A stretch of DNA of 63,256 nucleotides, the filler included, from Candidatus Fermentibacterota bacterium (lineage in GTDB: Bacteria; JAFGKV01), in the NCBI GenBank assembly GCA_016928395.1. It is 8 parts of 8 records of this genome, joined end to end, with 100 filler letters (N's around TTAATTAATTAA, not from the genome) between each part and the next. Parts side by side here need not be neighbours in the genome. Positions count along the whole stretch, not along the records: positions 1 to 24,361 come from JAFGKV010000230.1; 7 more parts are not named here. One strand, 5' to 3'. The notes below the pieces were generated by a model, which made no database searches, was not told the DNA's origin, and was given only the letters and a program-made list of their open reading frames with translations. Of this stretch, positions 8,861 to 19,245 are shown piece by piece; within the stretch, counting starts at the first letter, position 1, and every line of letters begins with the position of its first letter. Made by a program: the position numbers and the translations under genes.

Positions 8861-9613
8861 AAGGCATTCCCCCGGAGTTTGTGGGCGGATTGAGAACATA
8901 GGGAAGACGCCAATTGCTGGCCAGAGTGGTGATCAGATCGGCATCGCCCGGGCTTTCCAGGTCAAAGCAGAAGGACGAATCGTCAACACGCCTCTGGCTC
9001 GTATGAACGGCAGCGATGCGGCATGGTCGTTTGTGTCGCAAGGAAGTTCTGCCCGAACAGGAATTCGCCATCGGGGTCGGCCGTCGCCGCGGCCCGAACC
9101 TCCCGCTCTGCCTCATGCCACTATTCTCACCATAGAATAGCTCCCCACGGACCTCCTGGGAGCCTTGACCGGCCGGAGATGCCCGCTCTGATCAGGGCAT
9201 TCCGGGGCGTACCAACATCGGCTGCACGCCGAAGAGCGCATCGTGAAGATGTGGCCCCTTCGGCTCCCGTTTCGCTTTCCGCCCACTGCCTGGATGGGCA
9301 CTTCCCAATTCTCTGGAGAGCCATGGGAAACCAACGCCTCCCTTGCGGAATGCGGCCCGCCCGGGAGTCTGGTTCAGCTTCCCTTCGGATGAGCAACCGG
9401 CCCATGCCCATGCGTCCGATCTCATCCAGTGAGCGAAGGAAGACACCTCTAAGGTCCTGTAGTCCACTCGTGCAGTATGGGCAGGTTCTGGGGTCGGTCG
9501 CGCAGCGGCCAAGGATTGCGGCCCCGGCACCATGCGAGGCGTGTGCGCGCAGCCTCGGGAAGAAACGAAGCGCGGCCGGATCGAATGCTCATCTGGAGCA
9601 AGGCAGAGATCGG

Positions 9614-9655
9614 TTGACAGAACCCATCGATTATCGTATTATCTGATTATACGAT
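9614..9655 (+). promoter_or_regulatory. Sigma70 promoter and overlapping operator of vapBC
   Basis: TTGACA (9614-9619), 17 bp, TATTAT (9637-9642). Inverted repeat ATCGTAT-N9-ATACGAT (9633-9655) covers the -10 box. RBS AAGGAGG follows. Confidence 0.8.
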
Positions 9656-9670
9656 TTCAAGGAGGTCGAA

Positions 9671-9952
9671 GTGAGCGCCGAGATTCTGACCGTCACCGAG
9701 GTTGTGCGGAGCTTCTCCGAGTACATAGGCCGAGTTGCCTATCGAGGCGAGTCGTTTTTGCTGCACAAGGGGAAGAAGCCTGTGGCGGAGCTTCGGCCGA
9801 TTCCGAGCGGCCGGCGGCTCGGTGACTTGCCGTCGATCCTTGGTTCCCTGCCGCACCTGTCCGAGACGGCCGCCGCGGCGTTCGCGAACGATGTGGACTC
9901 GGCTCGCCAGGAGCTGGCTCATGCCGAAGCGAGGGACCCATGGGGGTTCTGA
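9671..9952 (+). CDS. vapB: Phd/YefM-like antitoxin (VapB partner)
   Basis: LTVTEVVRSFSEYIGRVAYRGESFLLHKGKKPVAELRP; overlaps the PIN gene. Confidence 0.85.
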   Translation: MSAEILTVTEVVRSFSEYIGRVAYRGESFLLHKGKKPVAELRPIPSGRRLGDLPSILGSLPHLSETAAAAFANDVDSARQELAHAEARDPWGF

Positions 9953-10344
9953 TCGACAGCAGCGTGCTCATTCACTTCGAGCGATCGCGAACCGACGTCT
10001 CAGAGTATGTTCACGGACACGAGGAGGAAGATGTCTTTCTCTCGGTCATAACGGCCAGTGAGCTGCTGCATGGTGTCTGCCGTGCAGCGGACCGGAAGGT
10101 CAGAGCCACACGCCTTGCCTTCGTGGAGGCTGCCCTCGCCGCCTTCCCGATTCTCCCCATCGACCTGCGTACCGCGCGCTCCCACGCCCAACTATGGGCT
10201 GATCTCGCACGCGAGGGTCAGATGATAGGAATCCATGACTCCTGGCTGGCAGCAACGTGCCTGGCACACGGTCTCCGGCTTGCCACCAGCAATCTCCGGG
10301 AGTTTGCCCGGGTTCCCGGGCTCGATGTCGAGCAGTGGACGTAG
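9940..10344 (+). CDS. vapC: VapC PIN-domain ribonuclease toxin
   Basis: LIDSSVLI, SVITASELLHG, IGIHDSWLAA and LATSNLREFARVPGL: the conserved PIN acidic residues are present. Confidence 0.92.
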   Translation: MGVLIDSSVLIHFERSRTDVSEYVHGHEEEDVFLSVITASELLHGVCRAADRKVRATRLAFVEAALAAFPILPIDLRTARSHAQLWADLAREGQMIGIHDSWLAATCLAHGLRLATSNLREFARVPGLDVEQWT

Positions 10345-10490
10345 AGCATGTTGACTGAAACGGTCTCGGGCGTAGGCACAATGCCAACTCGTGAGGAGAG
10401 GAAGGTGGGCGCACGGGGAGTCCGCTCTCACTGTTGAGAGGCGCGTTGACAATGAACCACTATCCCCGATGCCCTTCCTCGTGATCACGC

Positions 10491-11903
10491 GTGGACGGGA
10501 TCCCCATGAACGGCATGACTGAGAAGAGCGGTACCCACACCGCGGCCGCCCTCGTGCGCCGCGGTGTGGGAGCGACGCTGTTCAACATGGCATTCCCGCT
10601 TCTTGCCGGCACCGTTGCCATGAATGCCTACAGCCTCACGGACACGTGGTTCGTGTCGCGGCTCGGTACACAGCCGCTGGCGGCCATGGCCTTCTCTTTC
10701 CCCGTGGTCATGCTACTGTCCTGCGTGGCCGCCGGGATTGGCAACGGCGTCATGACGCTGGTATCGCATTCCCTGGGCCGCAATGATCATCGCGGTGCAT
10801 CGAGGATGGTCGGGCATGGCGCCGTGCTCATGCTGATTGTCTCGACGACTATGGCGGTGCTGGGATATCTCTCGATTGATGCGGTATTCACACGTCTTGG
10901 CGCCGACGCATCTACCCGGCGCATGGTAGGCGCCTACATGCGCGTCTGGTACCTCGGCGCGTTCTCCATGGCGATGCCGATGATGGGGAACGGGATCCTG
11001 ATCTCCGCCGGCGATTCCCGCATGGCGGGCAGGATGATGATGCTGGGGCCTTTACTCAATCTGGTACTCGATCCCGTGATGATCTTCGGGTATTTCGGCT
11101 TTCCGGCACTGGGTCTGCAGGGTGCGGCTTTGGCGACTGTCATCTCGCAGGTCACCGCAACCGTGTGCATGTTTCTGCTTCTCCTCAAGAAGCACCGGCT
11201 TGTGGTGCTCGCCAGATGGCCACTGCGTGACTACCTGCTTTCCTGGAGGCGTATCGCGACGTTCGCCGCGCCCAACATACTGAGCCTCATCCTCATGCCG
11301 ATCTCCTCCACGGTGATCACCCGGATTCTGGGTGGTTTCGGCAACGAAGCGGTGGCCGCAGCCGGCGCCGCGGGACGCATCGAGATGTTCGCATTCGTTA
11401 TTCCGATGGCACTGGGGATTTCCTTGACGCCCTTCGTCAGCCAGAACTACGGCGCCGCTCGACTCGATCGCATTCGCAGAGCCATCCGACTCAGCGTGTC
11501 CTTCGCTCTGCTGTACGGTGGGTTCATCGCGATCTTGTTCTTCGCGGGCGCGCCCTGGTTTGCGCGAGCATTCAGCAAGGACCCAAAGGTTGTGGGAATC
11601 CTCGTGACGTATGTCCGGACGATCTCATTCGGATACGGCATGATGGAGGTGCATCGCTACTCTGGCTTCGTCCTCACCGGGCTCCACAAACCTGCCCTCA
11701 CGACCACGCTCAATGCAGTCCGCGTCGTGGTCGTCTTGATTCCGCTTTCCCTGCTCGGGGCACACCTGCATGGTGTCCGCGGGCTGTTCGTCGGCCGGCT
11801 CATTACGGATCTTGTCAGTGGGTGCATCGGGCTTGCCTCACTACGCTGGGTCTTCGCTTCACTGTGGCGCAACCCGTCGCCCCGATCCGTTGAGGGGCGA
11901 TAG
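10491..11903 (+). CDS. MATE-family efflux transporter (true start may be ATG 10506)
   Basis: About 12 TM segments; YSLTDTWFVSRLG, NLVLDPVMIFG, GAALATVISQ, QNYGA. Confidence 0.92.
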   Translation: MDGIPMNGMTEKSGTHTAAALVRRGVGATLFNMAFPLLAGTVAMNAYSLTDTWFVSRLGTQPLAAMAFSFPVVMLLSCVAAGIGNGVMTLVSHSLGRNDHRGASRMVGHGAVLMLIVSTTMAVLGYLSIDAVFTRLGADASTRRMVGAYMRVWYLGAFSMAMPMMGNGILISAGDSRMAGRMMMLGPLLNLVLDPVMIFGYFGFPALGLQGAALATVISQVTATVCMFLLLLKKHRLVVLARWPLRDYLLSWRRIATFAAPNILSLILMPISSTVITRILGGFGNEAVAAAGAAGRIEMFAFVIPMALGISLTPFVSQNYGAARLDRIRRAIRLSVSFALLYGGFIAILFFAGAPWFARAFSKDPKVVGILVTYVRTISFGYGMMEVHRYSGFVLTGLHKPALTTTLNAVRVVVVLIPLSLLGAHLHGVRGLFVGRLITDLVSGCIGLASLRWVFASLWRNPSPRSVEGR

Positions 11904-12202
11904 CTCGTGGGTGGGGGAGCACGCACAGGGTCAGGCCGATCCCGCGGCACAGGCAACGGGCTTGGGCACGTAGGTAGGATGGCAACCCACCGACCAGAAG
12001 GCCGAGTAGGTCGACACCGCGTGGGCCCACCAGGGCAAAGCAAGTTGACACGTTGCCAACGTCTTTCTCGTTCGCATGGTCGCTTATGTCACAAGGCCGG
12101 CCTGATCGAACTGGGCGACACAGGGGTTGTGCGGGGGGGTGAGAGGCCGCGGTGTCCTCGCCGCATCGGCACCTCCTCGGTGCCGTTCTGCCCTGACGGA
12201 GA

Positions 12203-14560
12203 TCACGGTATCGTAAGCTCGAAGTCGCCCTCCCCGACGCGAACCGACCGGGCCACTTCACCGTTCGCCCCATCCATCGCCAGAATGAGGTATGTCCAAT
12301 CGTACAGTGGATTCCCCGGTGAGTCCGTCGTAATCCAGGATGTTGCGTCTGGAGGCAGGACGGTCAGTCGATACTCGTATCCGGGCGCCGGGCCCGGAGA
12401 GAAGTGCGGGTGGTTCGCGGCGCCGTAGACCCAATAGGCAGCGGCCTGGGGGGATGGGATCCACGTGAGGTGGAGGGAGCCATCCAGAAGCTCCCAGTTC
12501 ATCATGAGATACGGCGGCGGCACCATCCGCACGTAGATCAGGTCTTCCATGTTCGGCCTGTAGTAGCACATGTGCGGGATACCGAAGTCATCCAAAGCGA
12601 CGTCGGTGCTCCACATGGAATAGCCATCAGGGTCCGCCGTGAGGAGATGCCACCCCAGGCCATCCTTGAAGGCGTATCGCAGGTCAAGATGAGGGGTAGT
12701 GCGGGAGTAGCCGATATGTGGGAATCCGGCTACATCCAGCGTAATGGAAGGTGAGGAGAGCATGGAGACACCCTCCTCCACGGTCTCCTTGTGCCACGCA
12801 CCGTCGATCCGACGCGCATAGACCAAGGCGGAATTCTCCCATGCAGTGAAACAGACATGGGGAATACCGGCGGCGTCGACGGCTATGGAGGCGTCCTGGA
12901 ACTGCCCCGGTTCAATCACTTCTATGTGCCAGGCGCTCTCGTCCCGCCATGCGTACTTGAGAAGCTCGACCGTGGCAAACGGGACGTAGACGACGTGCGG
13001 CCTTCCATTCGAGTCTAGCGCGATCGAGTTCCGGTCGCCTACCATCGATGCGTCATCGAAGGTCTCAGTATGCCAGCCCCCACCATCCTCATACGCGTAC
13101 TTCATGCTGTGGTCCCACGTCCAATCCCCATAGCTGATGTGGGGGAACCCGTCTGCATCAAGTGCCAGCGAGACCCAATGGCCCACGTTGCCCTCGCTGT
13201 CCACGGTGAACAGCGACCATCCTGTCTCAGCCTTGCGGGCGTACCGCAGATCGTCCTGGAGACCTTCGCTGTAGGCGATGTGGGCATGACCGGCCGCATT
13301 TAGGGCCAGTGAGCTAGTGAATCCACTCATTCCCGTAGTGTCCACAATCTCTGTGTGCCATCCCGTCCCGTCTTCCCACGCGTACTTGAGACCGTCGACG
13401 AGCTCATCAAAATGGTAGCTGAGGGAGGGGTAGTTCGAGGAGGAAATCGCGATGGAACAGCCCTGGCCGGCACTCCCTTCGGCATCAACCAATTCAGCGG
13501 ATGTCGATTCCGGGGTCTTGACCAGGTAGTAGAGGGCGTCGACGTTCAGCTCGTAGAAGCTGGCGTGCAGAGTACCGCCCTCGATGACCAGCGAAGGGGA
13601 GTCTCCTCCATATCCCGGTGCGTACAAGGGTTCGATGTGCCACCCGGCTTCGTCCTTGTATGCCAGTTTTAGATCGCCATCCCCCAGGAAGGCGACGTGG
13701 GGAACGCCGCTCTGGTCAAGGACGATGGACGCCGACGCCGCCTCGTCATTGACGAAGCCCAAGTTGTCCGTCTGCCAGGGATCGGCAGGCCCGGGCCTGA
13801 AGGCATACTTCAGTACGCATGCGTCAGGCTCCAGGCTGAACCGCGCAAGGAACGCGATGTGCACTGAACCATCGTTGCCCATGGCGAGGGATGTCTCGGT
13901 CGGCCAGTCATCGCCGACATCTGCGATCTGGATCGCCCATCCAGACCCGTCATTCCAGGCGTATTTCACCAGATTGTTCCCGAGTTCGCAGTAGCTGATG
14001 TGTGGGTGGTCTCCCGCATCGAGCACAAGCGATGGGCCCCTCCCCACGTTTCCGTTGGTATCCACGGTTTCGATGACCCAACCGGATGCTTCGCGGTGGG
14101 CGTACCGCAGGTCGTCGTTGTGGTCGTCATGGTAGGTGATGCAGGGAATACCTGACGAGGTGAGCGCCAGTGATGTGCTGTGGCCCACCACCGCGTCCAC
14201 GGTCTCCATCGTCCAGGCATCGCCGCGGTTGACGGCGTACCGAAGCCCCCCACTGCCCCGTTCGGCGTAGCTTATGTGGAGGGCGCCATCATCCCCGATG
14301 GCCAATGATGCGTGGAGTCCCGTAAGGTTTTCGGGGTCAACGGTCTCGTCGTTCCAGGACGTACCGTCGAACCACGCGTGATAGAGATGATCTTTGCCAT
14401 AGACCACATGGGGATGCAGCGACGAATCGAGCCGCAGGTGCCGGTCTCCCATGTCGCTGAACTGCTTCAGGGAGTCAACGCGCTGGATGAGCCACTCCAC
14501 GGCGCGGGCGGGTGACGCGCTTAGGGCAAGCGCAACCAAGAGAGCAGTCAGAGTATTCAT
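12203..14560 (-). CDS. Secreted beta-propeller repeat protein with a C-terminal 'VGE' domain
   Basis: Start MNTLTALLVALALSASPARA after RBS GAGGAG. Many W-x-x-E-x-VD...S-LALD-x-x-G-x-PHISY repeats. Confidence 0.8.
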   Translation of the reverse strand: MNTLTALLVALALSASPARAVEWLIQRVDSLKQFSDMGDRHLRLDSSLHPHVVYGKDHLYHAWFDGTSWNDETVDPENLTGLHASLAIGDDGALHISYAERGSGGLRYAVNRGDAWTMETVDAVVGHSTSLALTSSGIPCITYHDDHNDDLRYAHREASGWVIETVDTNGNVGRGPSLVLDAGDHPHISYCELGNNLVKYAWNDGSGWAIQIADVGDDWPTETSLAMGNDGSVHIAFLARFSLEPDACVLKYAFRPGPADPWQTDNLGFVNDEAASASIVLDQSGVPHVAFLGDGDLKLAYKDEAGWHIEPLYAPGYGGDSPSLVIEGGTLHASFYELNVDALYYLVKTPESTSAELVDAEGSAGQGCSIAISSSNYPSLSYHFDELVDGLKYAWEDGTGWHTEIVDTTGMSGFTSSLALNAAGHAHIAYSEGLQDDLRYARKAETGWSLFTVDSEGNVGHWVSLALDADGFPHISYGDWTWDHSMKYAYEDGGGWHTETFDDASMVGDRNSIALDSNGRPHVVYVPFATVELLKYAWRDESAWHIEVIEPGQFQDASIAVDAAGIPHVCFTAWENSALVYARRIDGAWHKETVEEGVSMLSSPSITLDVAGFPHIGYSRTTPHLDLRYAFKDGLGWHLLTADPDGYSMWSTDVALDDFGIPHMCYYRPNMEDLIYVRMVPPPYLMMNWELLDGSLHLTWIPSPQAAAYWVYGAANHPHFSPGPAPGYEYRLTVLPPDATSWITTDSPGNPLYDWTYLILAMDGANGEVARSVRVGEGDFELTIP

Positions 14561-14585
14561 GTGTCTCTCCTCGCGCGGCGAGTGC

Positions 14586-17500
14586 TCAGGGCAGCACGAT
14601 AAGGGGGCGGCCCCTGCGTTCGCCGTCGGCGTGGAGCACCACCACATAGGCGCCAGGGCCCGGGCCGTTGGCGCCGGCGAGGTTCCATGTCACGGTGTGC
14701 GTGCCCGCGGCCACAGTCTCATCCATGTCGATCCGTGCGCGGCGATGCCCCGCCAGATCCCACAGCTCCAGAGCAGGCGCGCCGGGCCGAGGCAGCGAGA
14801 AGGAGACCGTCGTCGTGCCCCTCGTTGGGTTCGGGATCGGAGGCGCCAGCGCAAGGCGCAGCACCGCGGGTTGAGGCTCGGGGAATGCGCCGACGACCGC
14901 GCTGTCCGCCACGGCGACGATCATAACCTGGTACGGATCAAGCACCAAAGACAAGGCCTGGAGCCCTTCGGTGGTCTGTACCTGGGTCTCGCCGGTGAGC
15001 AGGTCGGAGACTACCCAGTCTTCCCCGGGGTCGAGCCCCCAGAGTTCCACCGGCAGCGCCAGCTCCGCCGCCTGGGCAAAGGCCCGGCAGTTGGCGGCTA
15101 CGAAGACCCGCTGGTCGGCGGTATCCCGGGCGAAGCAGTAGACATTGGACGGGTTCGTGTTCGTGATGCCGCGGTACGCGCCGTGCCTCAGGCATGTTAT
15201 GGCTTCGCGGATGGCGCCCAGGGCATGGTAGAACGGTTGCAGGTTGTGGGGGTCGCTCCAGTCTATGTAGTACCGCTGGGTCAGTTCGCCCACCTCCTGG
15301 CCCGCATAGAGCAGGGGAAGCCCCGGCGATGCGTACAGGATCGCAGCGGCAGCTTTGGTGCGCGCGGGTCCGAACTCGGCGACAAACCGGGTCTCATCAT
15401 GGTTCTCGATGAATCGCAGGGCCAATGGCCCTTCCCCCATGCCGGGGAACGCCATGACGTGGCCGTGAAGTGCCGACGGTGTTTCAACTCCACGCATGAG
15501 CCCCTTGAGGTGGTTCATGTAGCCCCAGTCATATGCGGCATCGAACCGGCCGTCGAACAGCGAGGCGTCCTCGGTGGAGGCCTCAGCCAGCAGGAGCACA
15601 TTGTCCTTGGTCACCTTGAGCGAATCCCGCCACGCCTGCCAGAAGGCGGGCGTCCGCTCCTGGATGCCCCAGGCCACGTCGCAGCGGTATCCGTCGATGT
15701 CATACTGCTCGACCCAGAACTGCGAGGCGCGGATAGAGTAGTCCCACACCTCAGAGTTCCCGTAGTTCAGATTCGGGAGGTCGGCCCAGTAGTTCTGGTA
15801 GGAGCCGTCGGTATTCCAGAGGTAGTAGTCGCGGTAGATCGAGTTCTCGCCGTACCGAAGGGCATCGATCATGAAGGGGTGTTGGAGCGAGGTATGATTG
15901 ATTACCTGATCCAAAATGACCTTGATGCCCAGGCTATGGGCCGCGGCGATGAGCTGGGCTAAGGCTGTGCTGTCGCCCATGGAAGGATTCAGGTTGAAGT
16001 AGTCGGTAATGGCGTAGCCGTGGGCCTCGGGTGAGGCGAAAATGGGCGTCATCCAGAGAGTCTTCACACCCAGGCCCCTGATGCGCTCCATATCCGCCGT
16101 GATGGCGGCGAGATCACGGGTCGAGGAGTAGGAGACCGGGTAGATTTCGTACATGAGATTGTCGCCTGCCCACCGGGGATGCTGGGCGGGGAGCAAGGGC
16201 ACAGCTCCGGTGCTATCGATCCTGATGGTTGCCACTGATGAGCCTGTCCGCTCTTCATCGTCGACGGTCAGGCGTACTGCGTATTCGCCGGGCGGCTTGG
16301 GCAAGGTGAACGATGCCTGAATCGAGCTTGTTCCCGATAGGTTCAGTGCTGCGGGATTGCCCGGCTCTTCGCTCCATGAAAATGATGCAATGATGCCGTT
16401 GTCGGGATGGTAGGAGCCCGCGCCATCCAGGGTCACCGCGCCGGGCGTGCATCCCACGGCGATACGGGCCTTGGGACACAGGTCGGGCCGGCAGTCATAT
16501 CGCGACCAGGTGACGCTTCGATTGCCAGAGGCATCCGTCACATCCAGCCCGACATAGTTGGCGCCATTGGTCATCGTAATAGGAACGGCACACGTACCGT
16601 TGGTGATGGTGATAGGCCATGTTGAACGGTTGTGCATGAACTGCCCGGTCGTTACTTCTGGATCGGCCACCATGCCGGTGACAGTGAAGTCGCGCCAGAT
16701 CCGGGCGGCGCCTGCCGAGTAGAAGAGGACTTCAGGGCCGGTTTGCGGAAGACCCTGGATGCTGTCCGGATGCAGGGCCACGAGGCCGCGGCCCGTATTG
16801 ACGAGCGCCACTTCGCGAGGGCCACCCACCATGCCCGCCTCGATCCAGCTCCCGAGAATGCGTTGCTCCGAAGAGGGGACCGCGAAGAACGTCGCATCGT
16901 AGACGTCAGGATCCTCCTGAGCCAGCCAGCCGCCCTGTGCGGGTTCCAGCTCCACGCCGTCATCCGTGCGCAGCGTGGCGACCAGACCCCAGAACCACGA
17001 CCCGGTGTAGGTGCCCAGATGGCTCTCCAACTCCTCCAGCGGCAGAGACACGATGAATGAGCCCGCCGTCTCGGGATCCGAATTGATGCCCACGGCGGCG
17101 CCGACTATGAAAGGATCGGTGCCGAGGATTAGGCGGTTGTCAATGGCGTCATCGTAGTAGGGCGAAGAGGGCGGCACCAGCCAGATGAACACACCCTGGT
17201 CCTGCCAGGGCGGCCCCATGACGTCGATATCGCCGGGCAGCGGCATTGCCGGGCCGTCCAGAGACGAAGCAATGACCAGCCCTAATGCGGTATGCTGATT
17301 AACCGCCGCCATCTCGACGATGGCCTGGAGCGTGACGGGATCGAGCCTGGTCGAGGTTCCCACGTGAAAGGCCTTGATATCCGCGGCGCCGGGGGTTACT
17401 CCCGCAGGATAGCGGTAGCGGCCCGGGCCATCGTCGTCACCGAAGGAGTCCACCGCGTGAAACCCCGAGCCCGAGCCATACGCGCCGAAGGAGAACGTGT

Positions 17501-18749
17501 CCGTGCCCACGCGGCCGAACTCGTCGACCGCACGGACGACCACGGTGTGAAGCCCTGGTTCACAGAGCGGGAGGAGGAAGGATGCGAACAGGGTGTCCCC
17601 GGACTGATCCGGGGTGACCTGTTGGAGGAGGCCGTCCAGGGTGACGCTGAGCGAGTCAGGCACCAGGGCCGTGCCCCAGTCGCCGGGAACCACGCCGAAC
17701 TCCACAGGGGGCCCCTGCTGATCCGGCGGGATGATGCGGCCCTGCACCAGCGAGAGGTCGAGGATCCGCGGCGGCCCCAGGGGATTGGCGCGCCCGACGC
17801 TGACATACCAGTCGCCGGGATTGCGGAGTTCCATGGCCGGGTTGTCGGGATCGGGGAGATAGAGTGTGCCGTTTGCGATGAAGCGGTACAGGAAGTTCCT
17901 GCCGATCTCCATGCGGATGGAAGCCTCCCACACTCCGTCGTCTTCCGGGTCTTGGAATCGGGCCGGAGACGCGCCCCAGTTGCTGAAGTCACCGGTGATT
18001 TGCACACGGTCAATTGGAAGGGGTATGCCGAAGTTGGGGCTTTGTGTGTCCAAGGCAAAACGCATGTACATACGGGGAGGGCCCTGGCCCATCTGAAAGC
18101 GCGAGACCGCGGAGACAGACGCGCCGGCATTGTTGGCGCCGGAGAGTTCAAGGGTGTGCCAGCCCATGGCGAGGTCCGATCCAGGCAGGTACGACAAGCA
18201 GCCGGTTTCGGTGTCGAAGTCGGCGGATGCGGTGATGTCGACGCCGTCCAGCTTCATGGAGAGGCTCGTGACATCGAGGCCGGTCTGCACTCCGGCGGCG
18301 AAATTGGCCGAGAGAAGCGGCCGCGTGTCCTCCACCAGGCTGCTGTCCAGGGGAAGCACGTAGTAGATCATGGGGTCGACGATATTGAGCACCGAGTTGT
18401 TGTAGGCCGACCCGTCGGTCAGGGAGTTCAGCGGGTCGGGGTACCATCCGGTAACGTCGGGATAGCTGGCGTCGGGCGTGGGTTCGGTGGATGAGAGGGA
18501 CACGAATTTGTAGAAGTACGTGCCTTCTTCGAGTGTCATTGAACCGCGCCAGATATTGTCTTGATCGTCATCTTCGAACACGAGATATGATCCGTCAGGC
18601 GGCAAACCCCAGCTATTCATGGAGCCCAGCATGCCGGTGGCCACGTCGGGCGGCCCGACCTGGAAGGGGAACCGGAAGTGGACCTCCACATCGGAGGCAT
18701 GGAGCGGGACGGCGGTTAGAAGCAAAAGAGGAATGAGAAGCGCGCGCAT
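14586..18749 (-). CDS. Secreted multidomain GH13 alpha-amylase-family enzyme (CBM48/E-set, DOMON-like and Ig/PKD domains, T9SS/FlgD-type CTD)
   Basis: GH13 motifs DQVINHTS, GYRCDVAW, LAEA, FIENHDE; C-terminal PPIPNPTRG...LELWDLAG...GTHTVTWN...GAYVVVL. Confidence 0.9.
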   Translation of the reverse strand: MRALLIPLLLLTAVPLHASDVEVHFRFPFQVGPPDVATGMLGSMNSWGLPPDGSYLVFEDDDQDNIWRGSMTLEEGTYFYKFVSLSSTEPTPDASYPDVTGWYPDPLNSLTDGSAYNNSVLNIVDPMIYYVLPLDSSLVEDTRPLLSANFAAGVQTGLDVTSLSMKLDGVDITASADFDTETGCLSYLPGSDLAMGWHTLELSGANNAGASVSAVSRFQMGQGPPRMYMRFALDTQSPNFGIPLPIDRVQITGDFSNWGASPARFQDPEDDGVWEASIRMEIGRNFLYRFIANGTLYLPDPDNPAMELRNPGDWYVSVGRANPLGPPRILDLSLVQGRIIPPDQQGPPVEFGVVPGDWGTALVPDSLSVTLDGLLQQVTPDQSGDTLFASFLLPLCEPGLHTVVVRAVDEFGRVGTDTFSFGAYGSGSGFHAVDSFGDDDGPGRYRYPAGVTPGAADIKAFHVGTSTRLDPVTLQAIVEMAAVNQHTALGLVIASSLDGPAMPLPGDIDVMGPPWQDQGVFIWLVPPSSPYYDDAIDNRLILGTDPFIVGAAVGINSDPETAGSFIVSLPLEELESHLGTYTGSWFWGLVATLRTDDGVELEPAQGGWLAQEDPDVYDATFFAVPSSEQRILGSWIEAGMVGGPREVALVNTGRGLVALHPDSIQGLPQTGPEVLFYSAGAARIWRDFTVTGMVADPEVTTGQFMHNRSTWPITITNGTCAVPITMTNGANYVGLDVTDASGNRSVTWSRYDCRPDLCPKARIAVGCTPGAVTLDGAGSYHPDNGIIASFSWSEEPGNPAALNLSGTSSIQASFTLPKPPGEYAVRLTVDDEERTGSSVATIRIDSTGAVPLLPAQHPRWAGDNLMYEIYPVSYSSTRDLAAITADMERIRGLGVKTLWMTPIFASPEAHGYAITDYFNLNPSMGDSTALAQLIAAAHSLGIKVILDQVINHTSLQHPFMIDALRYGENSIYRDYYLWNTDGSYQNYWADLPNLNYGNSEVWDYSIRASQFWVEQYDIDGYRCDVAWGIQERTPAFWQAWRDSLKVTKDNVLLLAEASTEDASLFDGRFDAAYDWGYMNHLKGLMRGVETPSALHGHVMAFPGMGEGPLALRFIENHDETRFVAEFGPARTKAAAAILYASPGLPLLYAGQEVGELTQRYYIDWSDPHNLQPFYHALGAIREAITCLRHGAYRGITNTNPSNVYCFARDTADQRVFVAANCRAFAQAAELALPVELWGLDPGEDWVVSDLLTGETQVQTTEGLQALSLVLDPYQVMIVAVADSAVVGAFPEPQPAVLRLALAPPIPNPTRGTTTVSFSLPRPGAPALELWDLAGHRRARIDMDETVAAGTHTVTWNLAGANGPGPGAYVVVLHADGERRGRPLIVLP

Positions 18750-19245
18750 GGTTCACCTCGCAGAGAACGTGTGCCGTTATCCGGACTGGGGGTATCTCGT
18801 TTCTGCTGATGGCTCACAAGACACGCCCAGCACGACCTGTGTGCAACAGTCACACGCATCCTTCAGAGCGAAGCGACCACAGTCGGTCTCCCCGAAGTGC
18901 ACATGGCCGCGTGTGCCTTGATGCGCGGCTACACGCCACGGGCCATCAGGATCGGTTTAATCAGGCCGCGGCCCCGGGCCCGTCCGGACGATACATGCTG
19001 TGACCTCCACCCCCCGTCATTGCCAGACTTGGCCCCGCACCCCATTCGTTGGGTGCCGTGGCTCGTTCGGGCAATCCAGGCCACGCTCTGGATCACCCGG
19101 TCACGCCGGGTGATGACATTCGTGCTCCTCACCACACTCGCTTGTTCTGTGCCCTGGGTGGGACTGACGCGCCACCGCTCAGCGGGGAACGAGGGTGCTC
19201 GGGCGCCCACTCTCCGCCCCAGGGGGGGAGTACTATGTTCCCTTG

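Noticed and set aside
14451-15962. Long antisense or alternative-frame ORFs (also 17292-18494, 44510-45724, 49803-50804, 53840-55216, 30553-31674)
   Set aside because: They shadow well-supported genes in GC-rich DNA and contain no recognisable motifs.
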